Shown here: one piece after another, positions 8,737 through 15,769 of the stretch
How the letters are laid out: each line of letters opens with the position of its first letter
Position numbering within the stretch: the stretch's first letter is position 1
Assembly (NCBI GenBank): GCA_036379015.1
Contig: DASUVL010000734.1
Coordinates: 1-36,236 of the forward strand
Length of the DNA stretch: 36,236 bases
Source: Niastella sp.
Lineage (GTDB): Bacteria; Bacteroidota; Bacteroidia; Chitinophagales; Chitinophagaceae
Direction: 5' to 3'
Translations under genes and position numbers: made by a program
Notes under the pieces: generated by a model
Told to the model about the DNA's origin: nothing
The model's input: the letters and a program-made list of their open reading frames with translations, nothing else
The model's database searches: none

Positions 8737-8835
8737 AAACAGGACAAAGCGAGTAATTCCACTTTGTCCTGTTTTTTGGTGTCCCTGCCGATACAATTTT
8801 CGAACTTTTTCTTAATGGATTTAAAGCGGCTGGCA
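8737..8835 (+). mobile_element. att-like scar: hairpin plus serine-recombinase C-terminal tail remnant
   Basis: aaacaggacaaag..ctttgtcctgttt hairpin, then LSCFLVSLPIQFSNFFLMDLKRLA; 40/57 nt identical to 34163-34219. Confidence 0.6.
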
Positions 8836-8906
8836 ATAATTCAGTTTATTTTCACGCAATACTGTCTTTCAAATCTCCCAGTGATTCAATACTTTGTTTT
8901 TATTCT

Positions 8907-9341
8907 TTACTTTGCGTCAGGGTATTTCACCTGTTTAATTTCACTAATTTGTACAACAGGCTGAATGTTAGTGTAATTTTTAAAGTCACTGATAACGGCA
9001 TCTCTATTTTGTGCTATTGCTTTATTATATTCAGCAACATCATTAATGTAAAAATAACCTATAGCTACAAAAGGAGCTTTGTCATTTGGTGTTCTGCCGG
9101 CTATGCCCTTATCGATTTCATAAAATTTCAAATTTTTGCCTAAAAATCCAGCTACCATTGGCATGTGTTTTTTTTCATAATAGTCCATATCAAAGGTTTT
9201 ATCTTCCCCGTTCGGGTAAAGTATTGCCACCTTAAATATTCCAATTTCTGTTGTAGATGAGTGTTTCAGTTGACTGGTTTTGCAACTTGTTAAACCTGTA
9301 AAGGCGAAGATTAGCAAGAAGAAATTTATTTTAGTTACCAT
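8907..9341 (-). CDS. EthD-family protein with lipoprotein signal
   Basis: KVAILYP....FDMDYY..KHMP, D..NYTNIQP.VQISE; LTSC lipobox after MVTKIN start at 9341. Confidence 0.88.
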   Translation of the reverse strand: MVTKINFFLLIFAFTGLTSCKTSQLKHSSTTEIGIFKVAILYPNGEDKTFDMDYYEKKHMPMVAGFLGKNLKFYEIDKGIAGRTPNDKAPFVAIGYFYINDVAEYNKAIAQNRDAVISDFKNYTNIQPVVQISEIKQVKYPDAK

Positions 9342-9585
9342 ATGAATTGGTTTTAGTAAGTTTAATTGCCACAAGGTGCTTAACTTGTTCTAAATATTGT
9401 GAATGCTCTATCTTCTTTTGTAAATCCCTACCAAAGTACAAAAGTTAAATAGAATTTATAAATGCTGATGGGCGTTATTCGTTGGGCCGTATTTTGTAAA
9501 ACCCATGTTGGCTGTAGTGCTTCATCTCACGGATTCAAATGATCTAAGTCGCTAGTTGACATCGCCTTTTCGAAGTGGCAACACC

Positions 9586-11514
9586 TTAGGGAATGAAGCC
9601 AAACCAAACCTGGTTCAGGCCTTTTTCATCCATCGCAAAAACATGGTGCTCACTTCCCCTCGTGTTATCTTTTAAAAATAATAAGCAATTTTTAGGGACT
9701 TTATGAAAATACAGCAGGGTATCTTTCGCTTCCTTGCTTTCAATCGGAATCCAGTTATTATTCAACCAGCCAAATAAAGTATAGTTATCATGAATGCGAA
9801 CTGCATTATCATCATTTCGTGGCTGAAACACAACTTTGGAAATTGTTGCCGGCTTATCAAGCTCATATCCCACAAAATAATCTTTGCCGCCACAGTATGA
9901 TGCGGGCTCATCATCAAAAAGATTAGAAATCTTTGATCGCGGATTCAGATTTCGGGAGATGAATCTGCCTTTGATTTCCTTATTTTCACTGTTTATGAAT
10001 GTAAGATATGCCAGGTACGATTCTTTATTTTTAGAGTAGAATCTAACGTATCTGAATCTTTGTAATGAAGCTAACTCTATTAACTGTTTTTGTGTACTTA
10101 AAAAAGGACGAACTTTATAAAGAGTAACGGCATTTATGAAGTTACTGTCATTGGCCCCTTCTATTACACAATCTGTCATTTGGTTGATCCAGTCTATTTT
10201 CATTTTATAACGAACCTGTGCCATTCCCAGTTTTCTGAGAACCTTTATTGAATCATAACTACCGGCCGGTTTATAGTAATTGATTTTCTTATTGGCATCG
10301 ATAGAAAACGGGGCTGACTGACTTTTAAGTATCCCATTCTCCCAATAACCAACAATATAGACACTATTAACACCTACATTGCGAAATACAATAGAATCAT
10401 TTTTTACTTCACAATTTGCTACGTCTTTCCACATAGATTGCACATTGAAAACATTTAAACACAATTGTGCGGCAACAGATCTTTCCGGAGCCGGAAACTG
10501 CAATGAAACGGTTGGCGTATAAAATGAAGTGACATCTGAAAAAAACAGATTGTTCTGATAGGCACATGCTGTTTGATCCAAAGGCGAAAAAGTAGTACGA
10601 TAAACCTTTGGGATACTCTCGCCCCGGTACTTGCTTCTTAATTCAATACCCTCACCATTTATATCCCGCGAATATTCAAAAGCGCCATATTTTAGATAGA
10701 TCCACGAGTGGCCGAGGACAGTGGTATTACCCCATTGCACAATCAGATCTTTGTTGCAGATAATTCCAAGCGAACGAAATAAATTAACAAAGTAATTAAC
10801 GGCATCATCGCACAACCCTAATCTCGATTTTTCTATTTGACTTATGCTTAGCGGGGCCGGATAATATTTAGGCAATGCCGTCATGCTCGTAAAATGAAGG
10901 TCATTAATAATGGAATCCGCTACCTTTTTAAATGGCACACCCGCATGTAAGGAATCGTATACCCACTGGTATTTATCGAAAAAAAATAACCTTGTTTTTT
11001 CTTCAACTGGTTCGTCGCTATTAAAGAACGGCAATATATAGTTGCAAAACTCTTCAAAGCTCGCTCTGTTTTCCCGGGGGACCAACTGCCAGGCTTTAAA
11101 AGCGAGGTTAATGTTATTGATCAAAAAATCGGCCTTTACTCCCTTTACAATTTCGGTACTGCTCCACTGCTGTTGTGCGTTTGAGGGATTTTTAACAGCC
11201 CGCAGAAGAGATTCAAAATATTTCCTTCTATCGTTCCCACCAGTATCAACCGGAGCCTGGTTGATCTTATCAAAACAATTATCGAACGTCCTGTTTATTT
11301 TGTACGTTCTGTGAAATGGCAGGTTCTCAATTAAAAATATCGCTGCTTTTGATTTTAGCGGGTCCCCGCTTTTTTCAAAATAAGCAATTACTTTTTGCAA
11401 TTCATTTTTATTTCTTCCTGCCAGTTCATACGAAATGGCCAGCTTCGATTGGTTAGCAGCGCATCCGCTGAGCATTGTAATGATGAGGAAAAGGTAAAAG
11501 AAACTGCATTGCAT
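9586..11514 (-). CDS. transglutaminase-like lipoprotein with discoidin (F5/8 type C)-like C-terminal domains
   Basis: LSGC lipobox; AG.NK.ELQKV..YF, KAAIFLIENLP, FEEFCNYILP; GLCDD...FRSLGI (Cys) and GHSW (His); IEGAND..F, RYVRF, LFDDEP.SY, PRNDDN. Confidence 0.85.
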   Translation of the reverse strand: MQCSFFYLFLIITMLSGCAANQSKLAISYELAGRNKNELQKVIAYFEKSGDPLKSKAAIFLIENLPFHRTYKINRTFDNCFDKINQAPVDTGGNDRRKYFESLLRAVKNPSNAQQQWSSTEIVKGVKADFLINNINLAFKAWQLVPRENRASFEEFCNYILPFFNSDEPVEEKTRLFFFDKYQWVYDSLHAGVPFKKVADSIINDLHFTSMTALPKYYPAPLSISQIEKSRLGLCDDAVNYFVNLFRSLGIICNKDLIVQWGNTTVLGHSWIYLKYGAFEYSRDINGEGIELRSKYRGESIPKVYRTTFSPLDQTACAYQNNLFFSDVTSFYTPTVSLQFPAPERSVAAQLCLNVFNVQSMWKDVANCEVKNDSIVFRNVGVNSVYIVGYWENGILKSQSAPFSIDANKKINYYKPAGSYDSIKVLRKLGMAQVRYKMKIDWINQMTDCVIEGANDSNFINAVTLYKVRPFLSTQKQLIELASLQRFRYVRFYSKNKESYLAYLTFINSENKEIKGRFISRNLNPRSKISNLFDDEPASYCGGKDYFVGYELDKPATISKVVFQPRNDDNAVRIHDNYTLFGWLNNNWIPIESKEAKDTLLYFHKVPKNCLLFLKDNTRGSEHHVFAMDEKGLNQVWFGFIP

Positions 11515-11614
11515 GGTTGATAATGGTTAATGGGGTTAACTATGACGTAGAACACGTAATTGTAAATTAAAACAGTTACAGCTACTCTTATGCGGAATAT
11601 ACAATAAAAGATTG

Positions 11615-11628
11615 TGCAATCGTTTGCG
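11615..11628. promoter_or_regulatory. LacI/GalR-type operator candidate in the divergent promoter region
   Basis: TGCAATCGTTTGCG matches TGnAAnCGnTTnCA at all but the last base. Confidence 0.4.
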
Positions 11629-11760
11629 TAAATAAATAATTACAGTTTACGCATACAGATTTCCTTAAGTCATAAATTAGGTTTACCGAATTGCTAACAA
11701 CTTATCCTGTCTGGCCATATGATCATTGACCATGGCAGTGGCCAAACTATTGATTGCTCT

Positions 11761-13626
11761 ATGCCGCTTCGAACCTTAACCCAAAATGTATTAGGCCTTG
11801 CCCTTACCCTGATAATGGGTACTTTCGCATTATTACCCTCAATGTACGTTGGTTCATTGATCGAGCCGGCAGTTACTTCTAAGTTCATTTTTCTGGGTTA
11901 TGCCGTAACGATAGCCGGCTTCATTTCTTTTTCCTATATCTTTCTTTCCCGGCATTCAATTCCCGTTTCCATTTCTCTGGTGGATATTTTCATCATGACT
12001 ATGTGCTTATACATGATCATTGATCAGTATTTTATACATCCCCATCACGGCTTTTCTCTCCGTTTTTTAGAACTTTTTCAATTGCTGGTTTGCTACATCT
12101 TATTAAGGTGTTTGCCGGTACGGTTTTACCCATTTCTTTTGCTTGGTGTTATTGCAGGTGGTTTCTTGCAAGTTATCGAGGGCTTTTTACAGTTAGCAGG
12201 CGTCACAGATAGTCATCATGCCGATTTCCCGATCACAGGAAGTTTTTTTAATCCGGGCGGATATGCCGGATACCTGTCACTGATTACGGTTTTATCATTT
12301 GGGATGTATCTTAATCGAAATACGCTGATCAATATTTTGCCCCGGCAGTTGAATACATTCTTCGATCGATTGCTTCCTGGCCTGTTTACTTACCTTCCCT
12401 TACTGGTATTTGTAAGTTGCCTTATTATTTTGCCGGGTTTGCGATCACGTTCCTCATGGCTTGGCGTATTGGCAGGCATAAGCCTGATCGGGGTCATATA
12501 CAAAATGCAAGTCCCGTTCAATATATCTATAAAGCGGTTACTGCTTATTTCAGTTGTACTATTGGTTATAATATTTTTTTTCTATCAATTCAAAAAAGAA
12601 TCTGCAAATGGTCGCTTACTGATTTATAAAGTTTCAATGGAAATGCTAATGGCTCATCCGCTTTTCGGTGTGGGTTTCGACGGGTTCAAAACACATTATA
12701 TGGTTGAGCAGGCAAAATGGTTTGAAAGGACCGGGATCAACGAAAGCCCTGATCACACATTAGCCGATAACACTTTTTATGCGTTTAATGAACCATTGCA
12801 GTTTCTTGTGGAAAATGGGATAGCGGGCTTTTTACTGATCCTTGTCTTCCTGGTATTATACAACAGGTTTAGTTCACCTATCCAGGGCAACAAAATATTC
12901 AGGACTTTATCGTTCAGCCTGCTTTTAGCATGTTTTGTCTTTGGACTTTTTACCTATATGTCCAACAATCTGCCAATGAAGATCATAGCTGCGTTTGCTT
13001 TTGCAATGCTGGAAAAAAGCGAACGCAACATTTTTTCTGCGAACATTCAATCAACTTCAAAAAAAATCGGATTGGTTGCAGTCCTTCTTGTTTTTGGTCT
13101 GGTTGTTTCCTGGTATAGCTTCAGCTCTATTGAAAAGTTAAGAAATGGCTTTTATACATGGAGACAAGCTGATATTTCCTATTTGAATGAATATTATAGC
13201 GAAAGCGCGAAAAAATATGGATTGATCTATCCCCAATTCCGGAAAAATGGAGAATACCTGGTGCAATATGCCAAATCCCTGTCAATGGCAGGTAATGATA
13301 CGCTGGCCCTGGATATGTTAAAACAGGCGAAACATTATCTGAACTCCAGCATAATTGAAACCTCCATAGGTGACTGTGAAAAGAAACTGGGCAATTATTT
13401 GAATGCTGAAAGATCGTATGTAAACGCCATGTACATGATCCCTAATCGCTTTTATCCGCTTTATCTTTTAATGACATTATTCGGTGAAACCGGGCAAACG
13501 AAAAAAGCGTTAAATATGGCGCAGACTATTGAAAGCAAGAAAGTTAAAATTCCCTCAAAAGCTATACATGAAATAAAAAGTCTTGCACACGATTTAATTA
13601 AAAATAGTACACTAAACAATCAATAA
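11761..13626 (+). CDS. O-antigen ligase (Wzy_C)/O-oligosaccharyltransferase-like polytopic membrane protein with C-terminal TPR
   Basis: About 12 TM segments; GSFFNPGGYAGYL, SRSSWLG, SANGRLLIYK, PLFGVGF, AFNEPLQFLVENGIAG; TPR tail (AERSY..A.YMIPNRFYPLYLL). Start may be 11719 or 11761. Confidence 0.88.
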   Translation: MPLRTLTQNVLGLALTLIMGTFALLPSMYVGSLIEPAVTSKFIFLGYAVTIAGFISFSYIFLSRHSIPVSISLVDIFIMTMCLYMIIDQYFIHPHHGFSLRFLELFQLLVCYILLRCLPVRFYPFLLLGVIAGGFLQVIEGFLQLAGVTDSHHADFPITGSFFNPGGYAGYLSLITVLSFGMYLNRNTLINILPRQLNTFFDRLLPGLFTYLPLLVFVSCLIILPGLRSRSSWLGVLAGISLIGVIYKMQVPFNISIKRLLLISVVLLVIIFFFYQFKKESANGRLLIYKVSMEMLMAHPLFGVGFDGFKTHYMVEQAKWFERTGINESPDHTLADNTFYAFNEPLQFLVENGIAGFLLILVFLVLYNRFSSPIQGNKIFRTLSFSLLLACFVFGLFTYMSNNLPMKIIAAFAFAMLEKSERNIFSANIQSTSKKIGLVAVLLVFGLVVSWYSFSSIEKLRNGFYTWRQADISYLNEYYSESAKKYGLIYPQFRKNGEYLVQYAKSLSMAGNDTLALDMLKQAKHYLNSSIIETSIGDCEKKLGNYLNAERSYVNAMYMIPNRFYPLYLLMTLFGETGQTKKALNMAQTIESKKVKIPSKAIHEIKSLAHDLIKNSTLNNQ

Positions 13627-13792
13627 CCAAAACCTTTAATTCGAAGAAACAGATTAATCATCAAGGGTACCGATACCATCGGTGTTTGCTCCCGTACAGG
13701 TTATGCGAGCAGAAATATTTTTATGAAAGTAGTATTCCCTGTTAAACTTTCAGGTTTCAATTCAAATTCCAATTAACATTAAACAGTTTTAT

Positions 13793-14026
13793 ATGAAAAA
13801 GAAAATTCTTGGCGCAGCCAGCGTTGCGGCCATAGCAGCAGTTGTTTTTTTTACTTCCAAATCAAATGCAAACAGCAACAACATTGATTTGTCATCTCTC
13901 GTAAAGATAAACACCGCGAGCGCAGAGTGTTCAAGCTCACATGGTTTTGGCGGCGGAAAATGTTTGTCGCTTGCCCAAATTTGCGTTGGCGATCCATGGA
14001 GCAGTGAGTGTGATTTTGGCTGGTAG
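13793..14026 (+). CDS. small secreted Cys-rich precursor-like peptide (NVEALA-type architecture)
   Basis: MKKKIL + hydrophobic h-region + SNA; pro-segment IDLSSLVKINTASA; core ECSSSHGFGGGKCLSLAQICVGDPWSSECDFGW with four Cys; AT-rich Bacteroidota-type initiation region. Confidence 0.85.
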   Translation: MKKKILGAASVAAIAAVVFFTSKSNANSNNIDLSSLVKINTASAECSSSHGFGGGKCLSLAQICVGDPWSSECDFGW

Positions 14027-14048
14027 GCGATTGTCGTCATTCTTAATC

Positions 14049-14078
14049 ATGAATGGAGGTATGAACACCTCCATTCAT
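14049..14078 (+). terminator. perfect 12-bp stem-loop after the peptide gene (attenuator or mRNA stabiliser)
   Basis: atgaatggaggt atgaac acctccattcat; no immediate U-tract. Confidence 0.7.
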
Positions 14079-14092
14079 ACAATTTTAAACTG

Positions 14093-15280
14093 ATGAATAA
14101 GTTTGCTTTACTTGCTGCTGTTTTTCCCCTGGTTGCTCTTTTTTCATGTTCATCAAATTTCGTGGAAGTACAAAACGATATGATGGGAAAAATGACCGCA
14201 ACCATGAATTTAGCTATACAGCAAGAGAAAAAAATTCCCCTGGATAGCTTTAGCGCTCCAAAACCCCAATATATTCAACTGTACACAGATGACAGCAACA
14301 AGGTCAACCTGACATTCTTAAATACATTTGCAGGGTCCATTTATGTGTATGATTATATAACTTCTGAATTGAAGAGAACGATCAAATTCCGCAAAGATGA
14401 TAAGGACGGCATTAAAATGCCGCTTGGTTATTATATTAAAAGCTTCGATTCAATTTATATTTACAATAAAACAAATAATGAAATTGTATTGATAAACGAC
14501 TCAGGCAAAGTATCCTCCCGGATCTCATTGATAGAGAATTATCCGGTTCGCGCACTTGCCTGGACTTATAAATATCCGCAATACTATCCCTCCACTGCTG
14601 CTCCATTGATGGGGACGGCACAAGAACTGACGATCCCTGGCCAGTATATGCTATCGCTTCCCGACAGTATTGCCGAACGATTTAAGTTCGAAGCGCATAT
14701 TGATCTAAGCAATAACAGCGTTAGCTTTTCCCGCCAGTATCCACCCTCACTGTATGCACATAACTATTTTTGGGAAAATGAAGGACTTTTTACAAACGTT
14801 TACTGCGATCTGTCGCCCAACAATAAAATGGTGTATAGCTTTCCCGTATCGCACAACCTGTTTGTAGCTGATAAAAGCAAGGAAGGCTATTCAATAGTTT
14901 ATGGAGGCAGTAACGAGGCAGGCACTATAACTTCTTTTAAAAACAAGCTTTCGACAGAAGCGCTGATATTGGAAGTGTGTAAAACAGATCTGTATGCAGG
15001 CATCAGGTACGATAAATACAGGAAAGTATACTATAGATTTCTCAGGAAGTCGATGCCCGACGCTACTTCAATGACCACCCTTGTAGAAAAGCCATTGTCT
15101 GTTATAATCCTGGATGAAAAATTTAAATATTTAGGAGAAACCACAATCGGCACCTGTAGTAATTTTAATTGGGAAAATACCTTTGTTACAGAAGAAGGCC
15201 TGAACATCGAATACCTCGATAAGAAAGATATAACGGAAGCCTATTTACATTTTAAAATATTCAAACCGAAAGACCTATAA
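14093..15280 (+). CDS. DUF4221-like beta-propeller lipoprotein
   Basis: LFSC lipobox; DSIYI, YSFPVSHNL, YDKYRKVYYRF, IILDEKFKYLGET motifs. Confidence 0.75.
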   Translation: MNKFALLAAVFPLVALFSCSSNFVEVQNDMMGKMTATMNLAIQQEKKIPLDSFSAPKPQYIQLYTDDSNKVNLTFLNTFAGSIYVYDYITSELKRTIKFRKDDKDGIKMPLGYYIKSFDSIYIYNKTNNEIVLINDSGKVSSRISLIENYPVRALAWTYKYPQYYPSTAAPLMGTAQELTIPGQYMLSLPDSIAERFKFEAHIDLSNNSVSFSRQYPPSLYAHNYFWENEGLFTNVYCDLSPNNKMVYSFPVSHNLFVADKSKEGYSIVYGGSNEAGTITSFKNKLSTEALILEVCKTDLYAGIRYDKYRKVYYRFLRKSMPDATSMTTLVEKPLSVIILDEKFKYLGETTIGTCSNFNWENTFVTEEGLNIEYLDKKDITEAYLHFKIFKPKDL

Positions 15281-15293
15281 TAAACATTATTTT

Positions 15294-15755
15294 ATGAAAC
15301 GTTTTTGCGCCATATTGATCATATCCCTGCTGTTTTTGGGCAGTTGTAAAATTAAAAGAACAGATAGCGATGCAGAAGTTGAATCCATTGAAACCGGCTT
15401 AAAGAAGGCAGTACCCGGTAAAGCAAAAAGCTGGGTTGTGATTCTGCCCGGTCTTGGCTGCAACGGCTGTATTCAGGAAGGAGAAGCCTTTATGAGAGAC
15501 TATGTTGATTCGACAAATATATTTTTTATATTGACCAAAGTTCAATCTGTAAAGATCCTGCAACTAAAAGTCGGAAAAACTATAAATAACCGAACAAATG
15601 TTTTTATTGATCATGACGGTATCTTTAATATTCAAACCAAAAATGTGGTTTACCCCTGCATAGCCCAATTGAAAGATGGAGAGATCGTTGCGCATCAGTT
15701 TCAGTCACCGGCAAACAGTCAGGCTTTTGAATGGTTGAGAACGCAATTAGATTAG
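15294..15755 (+). CDS. thioredoxin-like CxxC lipoprotein
   Basis: LGSC lipobox; beta strand VVILPGLG then CNGC then helix; YP candidate cis-Pro. Confidence 0.65.
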   Translation: MKRFCAILIISLLFLGSCKIKRTDSDAEVESIETGLKKAVPGKAKSWVVILPGLGCNGCIQEGEAFMRDYVDSTNIFFILTKVQSVKILQLKVGKTINNRTNVFIDHDGIFNIQTKNVVYPCIAQLKDGEIVAHQFQSPANSQAFEWLRTQLD

Positions 15756-15769
15756 TAAAGGATATTGTC

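Noticed and set aside
8764-8964. 66-aa ORF MSCFLVSLPIQFSN
   Set aside because: TTG start inside a hairpin and overlap with the EthD gene; better explained as a recombinase-tail scar than as a gene.
13789-14040. 83-aa antisense ORF over the peptide gene
   Set aside because: Shadow of the + strand ORF, which has a clear signal peptide and operon context.
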